From Terriglobia bacterium (GTDB lineage: Bacteria; Acidobacteriota; Terriglobia; 20CM-2-55-15), in NCBI GenBank assembly GCA_965198225.1, contig CBDAOY010000009.1, positions 384,001 to 448,000 on the forward strand: 64,000 nucleotides of DNA, written 5' to 3'. Shown here one piece after another: positions 20,182 through 31,917 of this stretch. Below the pieces are notes generated by a model. It saw only the letters and a list, made by a program, of their open reading frames with translations. It did no database searches and was not told the DNA's origin. A program made the translations under genes and the position numbers. Position 1 is the stretch's first letter, and every line of letters starts with the position of its first letter.

Positions 20182-21662
20182 TTGAGCGGTTTCTTGAAGC
20201 GGTTCGGATCGATGGAGTAGTCCCGGTACACGTCCTGCGCCGACTTTCTCTCCGCCGCCGAATAGCCGCGTTCCTCGGTTCGCGTAATCTTGTCGTGAGC
20301 GCAGAGGCCTTCGAGTATGAACTCTGCGGCGGCGACGCGGGCTCCAGGGGAGGAGTCGGCATCGATACCGAGTGGGGATAGCCGGTCCATCAGGCCGTCG
20401 ACTTCGGCAAAACGCTCGAGGGTCTGCGCGATCGGTTCGACATCGGACACCTTCAGCGTGCCACCTGCGTCGAACCACTCTGTAACCGGCTTGAAGTCGG
20501 TGCGTGGAAAGTGGGTTCGGAAGACCATCTGCACCGCCTGGCGGATCAGGTCGCGAGCGACGATGTCCGCACCCTTCAACTCGCCTTCGTATTCCAGTTC
20601 CAGCTTCCCGGTTATCGATGGGATCGCTGCGTAGATATCCACAATGCGGGCAATCGTTTCCTCTTCGGCCAGCATAACGCACCGGCGCTCCGCATTGCTG
20701 GCCGCGTTTTCGACGCACGAAATCGGTAACCGCTGGCTGACGCCGGAACGTTTGTCGATCCGCTGGTCCGCGCGAGCCCTGAATGCGATCCCTTCGATGA
20801 CCTCCCGGATGAACTGGGGAATGGCAATTGCCCCCCGATCCCGGCCGGTCCAAGCCTCTTGCTCGGTGATAGCGACACCGTGTTCCAGATCGACGGGATA
20901 GTGCGTCTTGATCTCCGAGCCGATCCGGTCCTTCAGCGGTGTGACGATCTTTCCTCGCGCGGTGTAGTCCTCCGGGTTGGCTGAAAAAACCAGCGCAACG
21001 TCGAGCGGCAACCGGACCGGATAGCCTTTAATCTGGATGTCGCCCTCCTGCATGATGTTGAACAGTCCGACCTGAATTTTCCCGGCGAGGTCCGGCAGCT
21101 CGTTGATCGCAAAAATGCCGCGGTTTGCCCGCGGTAGTAGTCCGTAGTGAATCGTGAGTTCGCTGGCCAGTGCATGGCCCGCCTTCGCGGCCTTTATCGG
21201 ATCGATATCCCCGATCATGTCGGCAATCGTGACATCGGGTGTTGCAAGCTTCTCGACGTAGCGCTGATCCCGGGACCGGTAGGCGATCGGTGTCTGGTCA
21301 CCCATTTCCTTCACGAGCTCCCGGCATCGGCGGCATATCGGCATGAAGGGATCATCGTTGATCTCGCAGCCTTCGATGCAGGGAATCGCTTCATCCAGAA
21401 GGTCGGCAAGCTGGCGCAGGATGCGGCTCTTGGCCTGACCGCGCAGGCCCAGCAGAATCATGTTGTGTCGGGACAGAACAGCGTTGATCACTTGGGGAAC
21501 GACCGTGTCTTCAAATCCCATGATGCCTGGGAAGATCGTTTCGCGGCGCTCGAGCTTCCTGACGAGATTGACGCGCATCTCATCCTTGACAGTTCGCCCG
21601 CGGCAGCTGTCGTCGCCGAAGGGTGTTCTTCTCAGCTCTCCCAGGGTTGTTGCTTGCATCAT
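20178..21662 (-). CDS. Magnesium-chelatase-like AAA+ ATPase
   Basis: GLRGQAKSR, ATPDVTIADMIGDIDP, RANRGIFAINELPDL, SANPEDYT. Confidence 0.85.
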   Translation of the reverse strand: MMQATTLGELRRTPFGDDSCRGRTVKDEMRVNLVRKLERRETIFPGIMGFEDTVVPQVINAVLSRHNMILLGLRGQAKSRILRQLADLLDEAIPCIEGCEINDDPFMPICRRCRELVKEMGDQTPIAYRSRDQRYVEKLATPDVTIADMIGDIDPIKAAKAGHALASELTIHYGLLPRANRGIFAINELPDLAGKIQVGLFNIMQEGDIQIKGYPVRLPLDVALVFSANPEDYTARGKIVTPLKDRIGSEIKTHYPVDLEHGVAITEQEAWTGRDRGAIAIPQFIREVIEGIAFRARADQRIDKRSGVSQRLPISCVENAASNAERRCVMLAEEETIARIVDIYAAIPSITGKLELEYEGELKGADIVARDLIRQAVQMVFRTHFPRTDFKPVTEWFDAGGTLKVSDVEPIAQTLERFAEVDGLMDRLSPLGIDADSSPGARVAAAEFILEGLCAHDKITRTEERGYSAAERKSAQDVYRDYSIDPNRFKKPLN

Positions 21663-21720
21663 GGATCCCCGCTGTCTGACACTTCCGAAGTTCGTCTGCG
21701 TGGCGCCTTCATCGAACTAC

Positions 21721-22410
21721 TCACGCGAAGATGTAAGCCACACTGAAAAAGAAGAAGTTCGCCACAAAGTGTGCGGCGACGGCACTTTCGATCCCGCCCT
21801 TGAGGAAAATCAACCCCAGCAGCACGCCGCCCACAAACGCCGCGGTAAACGCGTAAATGTTGTGCGCCATGGCAAACAGCAGGGACGTCAGCACCAACGC
21901 CATCGCCGGCGGTAGTATCGCTACCAGCAACGGCTGGATCGGCTTGACCTTCTGGTAGAGGTGCTGGAAGAGGAACAAGAGGCACGACATGATAAAAAGG
22001 CGGTAGACCACTTCCTCGAAGATCCCCGTATCGAGAGAAATGATGAACGAGTCGTAGAGATCGTCCATCTCACGAATTCGGGGAGCCACGAATGGGCTAT
22101 ATCTATAACTAAAAAAGAACAGGTAATTAATGAGGCCGAGCACAACGCCCGGGAGTATGCCGTAGTTGACCAGATCCTGAAAGGTCGCGCGAGAGTCGTC
22201 GGATGTCAGCACGATCGAGCCCCGTAAATTGCTTTCCTGCGCCGCGTACATTCCGAAAGTGCCGAAAGCCATCACCTGAACGAAGCGTGCTATCATGGTC
22301 CAGGTCAGAGAGGCAGACCCACTTTCGTAGTTGAGCTCCGACAGAACTGCTGTGCCACCCGCCAGGATCGCGAGGGCGGCACAGAAACCGAGGACCTTTT
22401 TGGAGCTCAT
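21721..22410 (-). CDS. CPBP (CAAX/Abi) family intramembrane metalloprotease
   Basis: EEVVYR, LLFAMAH, AHFVAN motifs in a multi-TM protein. The exact start is uncertain. Confidence 0.75.
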   Translation of the reverse strand: MSSKKVLGFCAALAILAGGTAVLSELNYESGSASLTWTMIARFVQVMAFGTFGMYAAQESNLRGSIVLTSDDSRATFQDLVNYGILPGVVLGLINYLFFFSYRYSPFVAPRIREMDDLYDSFIISLDTGIFEEVVYRLFIMSCLLFLFQHLYQKVKPIQPLLVAILPPAMALVLTSLLFAMAHNIYAFTAAFVGGVLLGLIFLKGGIESAVAAHFVANFFFFSVAYIFA

Positions 22411-22493
22411 CGCGACCATCATACACCAAGAAACAGACAGCGGTTGAAACCCCAAAACCGGTCGCTGTTGAGGTTTTGGAGACACCTTCGTCG

Positions 22494-23243
22494 ATGCGAC
22501 ATCTCCTGGTGAGCGACATTCATTCCAACATCGAAGCGCTTGGCGCGTGCCTGGAGAAGGCGAGGGACAAGGGTTACGATTCGGTGCTCTGCTGCGGGGA
22601 TGTCGTCGGCTACGGCCCGGACCCGAACGAGGCCGTCGACCAGCTGCGCGGGCTGAAGGGAATCACGATACGGGGCAACCACGATCGCGTATCCTGCGGA
22701 CAGGACGAGCCGACCGACTTCAACCCCTACGCCAAGGCGGCCGCCCTCTGGACGCGAGAATCGCTGACCGAGGAGAACCACCAGTATCTACGCGCTCTGG
22801 CGCTTGGCCCGCTCGACATCGGCGACAGCGCACAGCTTGTCCACGGCGCAATCACCCACGAAGACGACTACATCATGTCGGAATCGCACGCGGTGGACAA
22901 CTTCGTGATCGCAGAGACCTGGTTGACCTTCTTCGGCCACAGTCATTTTCAGGCCGCATTCTCGTGTGATGAAGATCAGAACATCTCGGCGGAGTCAGTC
23001 GAGCCCCAGGATGACTCAAGTGCGTTCCTCTCGCTGCGAAAAGACAAGCAGTACCTGATCAATCCCGGCTCTGTCGGCCAGCCGCGCGACGGCGATTGCC
23101 GCGCCGCGTTTGCGATCTGGGATGTCGACGAACACCGCCTGGAGTTCCACCGCGCCGGGTACCCTATCGACGTCACGCAGGAAAAGATGCGGGGCCACGA
23201 GCTTCCTGCGTACCTGATCGATCGCCTGTCTCACGGCAGGTAG
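22494..23243 (+). CDS. Calcineurin-like metallophosphoesterase
   Basis: SDIHSN, GDVVGYG, RGNHD, FGHSH, INPGSVGQPRDG. Confidence 0.9.
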   Translation: MRHLLVSDIHSNIEALGACLEKARDKGYDSVLCCGDVVGYGPDPNEAVDQLRGLKGITIRGNHDRVSCGQDEPTDFNPYAKAAALWTRESLTEENHQYLRALALGPLDIGDSAQLVHGAITHEDDYIMSESHAVDNFVIAETWLTFFGHSHFQAAFSCDEDQNISAESVEPQDDSSAFLSLRKDKQYLINPGSVGQPRDGDCRAAFAIWDVDEHRLEFHRAGYPIDVTQEKMRGHELPAYLIDRLSHGR

Positions 23244-23245
23244 GT

Positions 23246-23428
23246 CTAGCCCGCATTTCTCACGAGTGGTCTGCTGCAGCGCCGGATCCATCCGCCATTA
23301 CTGCGTTGCGCTTGGTCGGCCTCCTCAGCGTACTGTCAAGTACGCCTGCGTCGCCCGACCGGCGCGCGCCTTGTCCTGACGGCGCCTCCGACGCTTCGCG
23401 ACGACAACCCGCGAGAAATGCGGGCTAG
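23246..23428. mobile_element. MITE-like element (183 bp), second TIR type
   Basis: Perfect 16-bp TIR CTAGCCCGCATTTCTC / GAGAAATGCGGGCTAG. Internal long hairpin centred on GCGTAC-tgtcaa-GTACGC. Confidence 0.8.
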
Positions 23429-23462
23429 GGAAGCAGCTTCGGAGCTATCCGGACACAGTCCC

Positions 23463-23924
23463 TCAGATTCGTTTGTAACTGCCGTCAAACAGCGTGTTCC
23501 AGGCGGCACCATCCTGAGACATTTCCATTCTCGTCCGCAGGTTTCCGGGATCCCCCAGCTCTTGGATCATGCGCGCGTGCATCCCGGGGCCGCCATGAGC
23601 GAGAATCAGGCTGTCGCCATCCAAACGGCCCACGAAGACCTCTGGCGGTGACCCCATGCAGTCAAACCAATGGAGTGTGTAGAGATCTTCCTTCGGGTCG
23701 AAGCTCATCACGCCGTGACCTGTAAAGGTCACCATTCCGTCCCGCTCCTGTTCGTAGTCGCTGATGAGGGCAAACCCGTTCAGTGCCAGTCGGCTCTTCG
23801 TCCTGCCAAGGGCAACGCCTCCCTTGGGATCCCACTGTGAAGGGTGCATGCGTTCCTCTCCTTCCCAGTGTCCCGCCAGCTTTTCCATGTTCAAGTGGCC
23901 GGGCACGGGCTGCGGCATCTCCAT
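23463..23924 (-). CDS. DUF1579-like beta-barrel protein
   Basis: PQPVPGH..MEKLAGHWEGEE, GVMSFDP..YTLHWFDCMG. SD-like GGGGG precedes the ATG. Confidence 0.65.
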   Translation of the reverse strand: MEMPQPVPGHLNMEKLAGHWEGEERMHPSQWDPKGGVALGRTKSRLALNGFALISDYEQERDGMVTFTGHGVMSFDPKEDLYTLHWFDCMGSPPEVFVGRLDGDSLILAHGGPGMHARMIQELGDPGNLRTRMEMSQDGAAWNTLFDGSYKRI

Positions 23925-24055
23925 GACATACCCCCTTTCTTGAAAACAGTTGCTGTCAGTCCGCCGTCTCGGCGTCCTTCGGCCAGTGTGGGGCCGGGTT
24001 CCCTGACCAGACCCACGCGATGAAGTCCACAAGCGGCGGCTCTCCTTCGAGTTAC

Positions 24056-25408
24056 TTATCTGAAGCTCAAGCCGCTGAAGTCCCGCCCCCCTACCATGAT
24101 GAAGATCGGGCCGAACAGGTCGTCGATATCCTCGTCCGGTCTGCCGCGGACGGCGATCAGGTCGGCGAACTTTCCTCGCTCGATCGTCCCCACCTCTTCA
24201 TCGATTCCGACGACCTCGGCGGCAATCCCCGTCGCCGCCGTGATGGCTTCCAGCGGAGTGAATCCCGCATCGACCAGGTTGACGATCTCCAGGGGCAGGA
24301 TACCTTGAATGTTGTCGGTTCCGACCGTGACCAGAACGCCGCGGTCTTTCGCCCGTTTCAGCTCCTGCCAGCGAGCACGCACCGACCTGTCCCTCTCGGG
24401 CAAGGTCAGGCGGGCCTCCCGGACCACCGACCTGCTGCGCTCGAGCCAGTCCACGATGCCGGCCGCCTCATTGTCGACCCAGTCCCACTCGTCGTCGAAG
24501 AAGCCTCCGAAGCCGATGATGTAAGTGTTGACCAGGCCCGCGTCCTGTGCGAGGAACACGTCGATCAATTCGTCATCCAGCCCGCCAGCGTGCTGGATCG
24601 AATCGGCGCCGGCCTCCAGCGCCAGTCGGGCCGCCGCACCGCTGGCATGTGCCGTCACCCGGACACCCAGCCGATGGGCTTCGTCCACCGCCGCTTCGAT
24701 CTCGTCGCGGGTGAAATTCGAAGTCTCTTCCTCGAAACTGTGTCCCGAATTGGGACCGATCCGCAGGCCGTTGGTCACCATGAGCTTGACGTGGTGGGCG
24801 CCTGCTTCAACTTGCTGGCGGACCATCCGCCGGAATTCCCACGGGCCGTTGAAGAGAAGGGACTCGGGCGGACCGAGCCCTGCGGTCGTCGAAATCCACA
24901 GACCGCCGGGATAGATCCGCGGACCCGGAAACAACCCGTGTTCGACGGCCTGCCTGGTGTAGATGTCGATGTTCTGGGTTTCGCCGACGACGTATGCGGA
25001 TGTCACGCCCGATAGCAACTGGATGCGGAGGTTGCGCGGCACGCGGGTCATCTGACGGGTACCGGGCTGCGCCATCCCGGCCAGTTCCCCCTCGATTCCG
25101 GTGGAGTCCACGCGGACCGAGACATGGGCGTGTGCGTCGATCAACCCGGGCAAAAGCGTCCCGCCGCCGAGGTCAATGACCCGTGCCTCAGGGGGAAGCT
25201 GTAGGTCCCCGCTCGCACCGACGGCGTCGATCGTGTCGCCCCGCACAAGGACGACGACGTCCTCCACCACCGGCGCCCCGGTACCGTCAAGCATCCTGCC
25301 GGCACGAATCGCGATGACTTTTTCTTCCTGTGCCCATGCCGTCGGCTCTGCTAGTAGTAGCGCCGCGAACACGCCGAACAAGCGGACAAGCGAACTCAAT
25401 TTCATCAC
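24056..25408 (-). CDS. Exported amidohydrolase family protein
   Basis: Signal peptide, LLPGLIDAHAH, VTAHA, IQHA, VGTD, GKFADLI. Confidence 0.88.
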   Translation of the reverse strand: MMKLSSLVRLFGVFAALLLAEPTAWAQEEKVIAIRAGRMLDGTGAPVVEDVVVLVRGDTIDAVGASGDLQLPPEARVIDLGGGTLLPGLIDAHAHVSVRVDSTGIEGELAGMAQPGTRQMTRVPRNLRIQLLSGVTSAYVVGETQNIDIYTRQAVEHGLFPGPRIYPGGLWISTTAGLGPPESLLFNGPWEFRRMVRQQVEAGAHHVKLMVTNGLRIGPNSGHSFEEETSNFTRDEIEAAVDEAHRLGVRVTAHASGAAARLALEAGADSIQHAGGLDDELIDVFLAQDAGLVNTYIIGFGGFFDDEWDWVDNEAAGIVDWLERSRSVVREARLTLPERDRSVRARWQELKRAKDRGVLVTVGTDNIQGILPLEIVNLVDAGFTPLEAITAATGIAAEVVGIDEEVGTIERGKFADLIAVRGRPDEDIDDLFGPIFIMVGGRDFSGLSFR

Positions 25409-25531
25409 TCTCTAGCCTCCTCCGTCATTGACGATCCTTGTTTGCAGCGGATCGATCTTGTCAGCGAACCTTAGGAAACGCACGAGAATTCGCTCATCTG
25501 TTGGGGAACCATTTTGGGGGCCTTGCAGCTC

Positions 25532-25642
25532 TCACCGCATGAACAGGAGGTACGCGATCACCGCCAGGACTGCCATGTAGAGCAAGAGGCAGACCGGCAG
25601 AATCCAAACGGCCTTCAAGTCGCCTTCGGGATTGTCGTTCAA
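25532..25642 (-). CDS. Putative 36-aa single-pass membrane protein (not in ORF track)
   Basis: TTG start overlaps the upstream TGA (TTGA). Translation MNDNPEGDLKAVWILPVCLLLYMAVLAVIAYLLFMR, with GC-rich third codon positions. Confidence 0.5.
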   Translation of the reverse strand: MNDNPEGDLKAVWILPVCLLLYMAVLAVIAYLLFMR

Positions 25643-26094
25643 TACCCCAGACGAACGATTTCGCCTATAGGAACTCTGAAGTTCCAGTTGTTCGGGAGGT
25701 TTTCGAATCGGTAGCTGAATCGTCGGCTTTCGCCGGGGGCGAGCGGACCGCCGGGGGCGAGGGCTTCCTCTTCGGATTCCTGGATGGAGACGCCGTCGTA
25801 GTCGGTGAAGGTGAGTTTGAGCGCGGCCGAGCGCAGGGTTCGATCGGAACTCAGGTTTGTGAGCGACCCCTCGATAACACGGATCCTGTGACCGACGTAG
25901 TTCTCGCTCGTCAGGATTGCCAAGCGGGACAGGTCGACATGAGCGCGGATTTCGTCCGGATCGTCGATCTGGGTGAGTGGCTGCGCGCCGAACGACTCAG
26001 TCGCTTCAGTCGGCGGAGACGACATCGCCCAAAGACCCAGGAGGCCGAGAGCCACTACGATCGAGGCTCCAATGATGACTTGGGTCCGTCCCAT
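25639..26094 (-). CDS. Membrane-anchored hypothetical protein (Ig-like/FxLYD-like)
   Basis: N-terminal TM, IEGSLTN..., FTDYDG, PLAPGESRRF. GGAG precedes the ATG. Confidence 0.6.
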   Translation of the reverse strand: MGRTQVIIGASIVVALGLLGLWAMSSPPTEATESFGAQPLTQIDDPDEIRAHVDLSRLAILTSENYVGHRIRVIEGSLTNLSSDRTLRSAALKLTFTDYDGVSIQESEEEALAPGGPLAPGESRRFSYRFENLPNNWNFRVPIGEIVRLGY

Positions 26095-26155
26095 TCGCTC
26101 TTCTCCGTATTCGAAGAGGATACGCCAATACACGCTGACGTGTCGATGAATGGGG

Positions 26156-27445
26156 CTACGCCGATCCGTTTTCCGGACCGACGATCACGAGTGAATAGTC
26201 GCTCGTGCTCAAGTATTTCGCCGCAACACGCGTGATGTCTTCAACGGAAACGGCGTCGATGAATGCCGGGTATTTCTGCGGGTAGTCGAAGCCCAACCCG
26301 TAGGCTTCGGCGTTGATCAGGAAACGTCCGACCTGGGCGCTGGTTTCGAAGGCAAACACGAAGCTCCCCGTCAGGTAGGCCTTCGCGTCTTCGAGTTCTT
26401 CGGCCGTGACCGGTTCGGTGGAAATCCGGTCTACCTCCTCGACAAAGCCCTCGATGGCGCGATCGACATTTTCCGGCGCCGTGCCGATGTAGGCGATGAA
26501 CTTTCCCGGATCGATTCCTGCGGTGTTGGTGATGCCGGCGAAAGTCGTATAAGCCAGACCCTGTTCGTCACGGAGTTTGTGCGGGATCCTCGCCGTCAGA
26601 CCAGCTCCGCCGCCTAGGATCGTGTCCAGCACCTGCAACGCGTAATAGTCCGGATTGGCGCGCTCGACACCCAGGTGTCCGAAATAGACGTGTGTCTGCT
26701 GGGTCGGCATCCCGATGGACCTGCGCCGGATCTCGTGTTGCCGTTCCGGCCTGGGAACCTCCGATACTTCCGTTTCACGGGGAACCCACTCGCCAAAGGT
26801 CTCTGCCAGCTTCCCGACGAGCTCCTCGGCCTGGAGGTCACCGACGATCGAGACGGTGGCATTGTTGGGGCGGAACCACTGATCGTGGAACTGCCTGAGG
26901 TCATCCACTGAAATCTTTTCGACCGTATGCGGGTAGCCGTGGACGGGCCGGTGGAGGGGGTGTGTTCCGTAGACCAGCTCGTTGAATTCCCAGCCGGCAA
27001 CAACCTGGGGACGATCCATCGCGCTTCGAATCTCGGCCAGGACCCTCGCTCGATGCATCTCGAGGCTTTCGGGAGCGAAACTGGGACTCGTAACGATGTC
27101 GCCCACCAGGTTCAGGCCAAGGTCCAGGTCCTTGCTGAGTACGCTGAGAAAGACAGCGGCCCTCTCGTACCCGCCCTCGCAATCGATCACCCCGCCGACC
27201 GATTCGATGGCGTCGGCAATCTCCAGGGAGGACCGCGTCGAGGTACCCTCATCCAGAAGCCGACTTACTATGACGGCCAGTCCTGCGCGCTCTTCGGGTT
27301 CATAACGCGCACCGGCGTGGAGGCTCATGTTGAAGGAGATCGCCGGAACGGATGGGTTCTCGATGAGGAGGAACCGGAGACCGTTGTCCAGAGTCAGGCA
27401 TTCGGGCTCGAAGGAGCGGGGGCCGGTGGCGGAATGCCGTTTCAA
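26156..27445 (-). CDS. M16 peptidase, non-catalytic (beta-like) subunit
   Basis: LDNGL, GLAVIVSRLLDEGT (no HxxEH), LRDEQGLAY. Confidence 0.85.
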   Translation of the reverse strand: MKRHSATGPRSFEPECLTLDNGLRFLLIENPSVPAISFNMSLHAGARYEPEERAGLAVIVSRLLDEGTSTRSSLEIADAIESVGGVIDCEGGYERAAVFLSVLSKDLDLGLNLVGDIVTSPSFAPESLEMHRARVLAEIRSAMDRPQVVAGWEFNELVYGTHPLHRPVHGYPHTVEKISVDDLRQFHDQWFRPNNATVSIVGDLQAEELVGKLAETFGEWVPRETEVSEVPRPERQHEIRRRSIGMPTQQTHVYFGHLGVERANPDYYALQVLDTILGGGAGLTARIPHKLRDEQGLAYTTFAGITNTAGIDPGKFIAYIGTAPENVDRAIEGFVEEVDRISTEPVTAEELEDAKAYLTGSFVFAFETSAQVGRFLINAEAYGLGFDYPQKYPAFIDAVSVEDITRVAAKYLSTSDYSLVIVGPENGSA

Positions 27446-28731
27446 TTCCCGATCTCCGGCGCGTCCTCTCCGAGTAGCCAGGCGACGGTGCGATTCTGCT
27501 CTGAGAGATATCGACGGCAGACGTCGGAGATGTTGGCCGGATCAACCGCCGCCATTCGAGACAGGTAGCTGTCGACGTAATCGAGGCTGTCCAGCGTGGC
27601 AATCTGGCCCAACAGGATGGCCTGGTCCAGGTTGCGCTCCTTGGTCAAAACGAAATGCGCCTCGACCTGGTGCTTGGCACGGTCCAGTTCGTGGTCGCTG
27701 ACTCCTTCGGCTGCGACACGACCGAGTTCATCATGAATCGCCGCTTCGATCTCTTTCGGGGCAATGTTTCCACGGCCTTCAGCGCGGATGTGGAACAAAG
27801 TCGGATCCCGGGACTCGCCGTAGTCGGCAACGGCAAACGTGGCCAGTTGTTCGCGCTCCACCATGCGCTGATAGAGGCGGGAAGACTTGCCCTCGGCCAG
27901 AACCACCGAAAGGAGTTGCAGGGCGTAGGAGTCTTCGTGACCGATCTGGGGTGTATGGTAAGCGATCGCGAGTCGCGGGACGTCCGATCGCCAGCGCACC
28001 GTGATGCGCTTTTCCGAAGACTGCGGGGGCTCTTCGATCTCGACGCCGGAGGCGCCGGGTTGCGCTGGAATTGATCCGAAAGCCTCGACGACTTTGTCGA
28101 GCGCGGCTGCGGTCTTGAAGTCCCCGACCAGGACGAGCGTCGCGTTCCCCGGATGATAATGGGTACGGTAGTAGGCTTCCATGTCCTCCCGCGTGGTCCG
28201 CTCCAGGTCTTTCTGCCATCCGACGACCGGGTTTCGGTAGGGATGTCGGTCGAACGCAGTCGCGTTCAGTTCCTGCATCAGGAGTCCCCACGGCTGATCC
28301 AGCCCGGCTTTCAGTTCCTCGATGACGACTTTCCTCTCCGACTCGAATTCCTCGGAATCGAAGATGGTGTTGACCATCCGGTCCGCCTCGATCTCCAGGG
28401 CTCGCTCCCACCGGTCGGAGGCGAAGCTGAAATAGTAGGCGGTGAAGTCATAGGACGTGAAGGCGTTGTTGCTCCCGCCGTTCTTCATCGTCAGGAGATC
28501 GATCTCGCCCTTCTCGAACTTCTCGGTACCTTTGAAGAGCATGTGCTCCAGGAAGTGGGACCGGCCGGTCTCTCCCGGACCCTCGTTTCGGGATCCAACG
28601 CCGTACCAGATCATTGATGTCACGGTCGGCGACGTGTTCGATTCGCGGGCGAGCACCACGAGGCCATTGTCCAGGACCTCACGATGCACGTCGTCCGTGG
28701 AGAGTATGGAAGAGGGTGAAAGCTTCGACAT
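27442..28731 (-). CDS. M16 zinc peptidase, catalytic subunit
   Basis: VGSRNE, SHFLEHMLFKGT, NAFTS, HPYRNPVVGW, SSRLY. Confidence 0.9.
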   Translation of the reverse strand: MSKLSPSSILSTDDVHREVLDNGLVVLARESNTSPTVTSMIWYGVGSRNEGPGETGRSHFLEHMLFKGTEKFEKGEIDLLTMKNGGSNNAFTSYDFTAYYFSFASDRWERALEIEADRMVNTIFDSEEFESERKVVIEELKAGLDQPWGLLMQELNATAFDRHPYRNPVVGWQKDLERTTREDMEAYYRTHYHPGNATLVLVGDFKTAAALDKVVEAFGSIPAQPGASGVEIEEPPQSSEKRITVRWRSDVPRLAIAYHTPQIGHEDSYALQLLSVVLAEGKSSRLYQRMVEREQLATFAVADYGESRDPTLFHIRAEGRGNIAPKEIEAAIHDELGRVAAEGVSDHELDRAKHQVEAHFVLTKERNLDQAILLGQIATLDSLDYVDSYLSRMAAVDPANISDVCRRYLSEQNRTVAWLLGEDAPEIGN

Positions 28732-28798
28732 TTTCGAGTTCTAATCCTCGCCCCGCCCTGGTCATGCGGTTCGCCGACCACCAGTTGAGCCGGAGCGC

Positions 28799-28827
28799 AG
28801 ATTAGCAAACGGCACCCCTGCTGTCAA
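28799..28827 (-). promoter_or_regulatory. sigma70 promoter for the M16 pair
   Basis: Minus strand TTGACA-17 bp-TAATCT with an extended TG. Confidence 0.6.
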
Positions 28828-29168
28828 ATAAGCCCAATTTTAAGTGTGAGTTACGCCATCACTTTCTGCAACCGATCATTACCCGCTACGGCTGGGCCGC
28901 AGAGACACTACGACCATAGTATTACTGGCCCGCGGCGAGCCGGGCTTGATCTCGGCACGATTCAGCGAAAGAGGGTTTTGGACCGGTTGGATGCTGAAAC
29001 GGCGGCACGCAACACGCCATCTCCTCGAAAGAAACGAGATTGCTCTTCGATGTGCTCAGCCCTCTCGAAGTCGCCTAAGAGAGACCGGGCGCGCATCACC
29101 ATCACCTATGTACGTAGTATATGGGTCGGCTTGTTCCGCGTACCGGCTCCGACTGGCCTCCATCCCGT

Positions 29169-29576
29169 TCAACGACGTTTGCCGGCGACCTGAACCCGGA
29201 CGGCCGCGCGATTGAGGGCGGCGATAGCCCTGGGGTAATCGACATCCTCGCCACCTCCCGAGATCAGGGTGTCGGCGCGATCCCGAGCCTGGGTCGCACG
29301 CTCGACGTCTATCTCGCCGGCGGGCTCGGCGACATCTGCAAGGATGCGGACTTCGTCGTCGAGCACTTCCACGAATCCGCCCGCGATCGCGATCGAATGC
29401 GCCTCACCCTCGAGCGTATAGACGAGTTCGCCCACGTGCAGCTCGGAAAACAAGGGGGCATGGCCGGGTAGCAGGCCAAGGTAGCCGCCAAGGCCGGGCA
29501 CCTGGACTTCGTCGACTTTCCGCTGGATCAGGGACCGCTCCGGCGTAACCAGGGTGAGGTCCAGAGTCTCTGCCAT
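29169..29576 (-). CDS. atpC: ATP synthase F1 epsilon subunit
   Basis: LVTPER, GYLGLLPGHAP, GGFVEV; operon position. Confidence 0.93.
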   Translation of the reverse strand: MAETLDLTLVTPERSLIQRKVDEVQVPGLGGYLGLLPGHAPLFSELHVGELVYTLEGEAHSIAIAGGFVEVLDDEVRILADVAEPAGEIDVERATQARDRADTLISGGGEDVDYPRAIAALNRAAVRVQVAGKRR

Positions 29577-29586
29577 TGTCGATTAC

Positions 29587-31056
<1,470 letters not shown>

Positions 31057-31060
<4 letters not shown>

Positions 31061-31908
31061 ACGCTCGCACCGCTGACGACCTCGATGATCTCGCGCGTGA
31101 TGGCCGCCTGCCGGATCCGGTTCATGTTGAGCGTCAATGTATCGATCATTTCAGCAGCGTTGCGCGACGCGGTGTCCATCGCGGTCATCCGGGCGCCGTG
31201 CTCGGAAGCCACCGACTCAAGCAGAGCCCGATGGATCTGAACATCGACGTACTGCGGCAGCATCCGCGCGAATATCGCTGCAGGCGGTTGTTCGTATATG
31301 TAATCGATTTGCGATTCCTCGCCCTCGAATTCGCTCGAGCTCAGCGGCAGTAGGGGCTCGACGACGATTCGCTGCTGCAGGACCGATTTGAATTCGTTGT
31401 AGGCGAGGTAAACCGCGTCCGTTTCACGAGTGCCGTACAACTCGACGATCCGCCGGCCGATGGTTTGGGCGTGCTCGAAATCGAGCTTCGAAAAAATATT
31501 AATGTGCTCTTCTAGAATGCTCGCCTCCCGAAGGCGGAAGTAGTCGCGTCCTTTACGGCCTACGGCCATTATTCGCACATCCTGATCGGGGTGAGCCTTC
31601 AGGAAGTCGTGCGCGGCACGCGCGATGTTCGAGTTGAACGCACCGCACAGACCCCGGTCTGCAGTCACGACAACCAGCACCATCCGATGCTGCTCACGAA
31701 CCTCCAGCAGCGGGTGTGTCAAGCTCTCGGCCCGCGCCGCGAGGTTCCCGAGAACACGCCGCAGTTGATCGGCGTAGGGGCGCGCGGCAAACACCCTCTC
31801 CTGGGCGCGCCGCAGTTTTGCGGCCGACACGGTTTTCATGGCCTTCGTGATTTGCTGGGTGTTCTTGACCGAGCGAATCCGCCGTCGGATGTCGAGAAGG
31901 TTTGCCAT
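31057..31908 (-). CDS. atpG: ATP synthase F1 gamma subunit
   Basis: ITKAMK, DRGLCGAFN, RQAAITREI. Confidence 0.97.
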
Positions 31909-31917
31909 TTTGATCGG

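Noticed and set aside
28846-29168. Gap between atpC and the M16 promoter, with short ORFs and weak hairpins
   Set aside because: No recognisable protein motif, TIR pair or RNA family could be supported.
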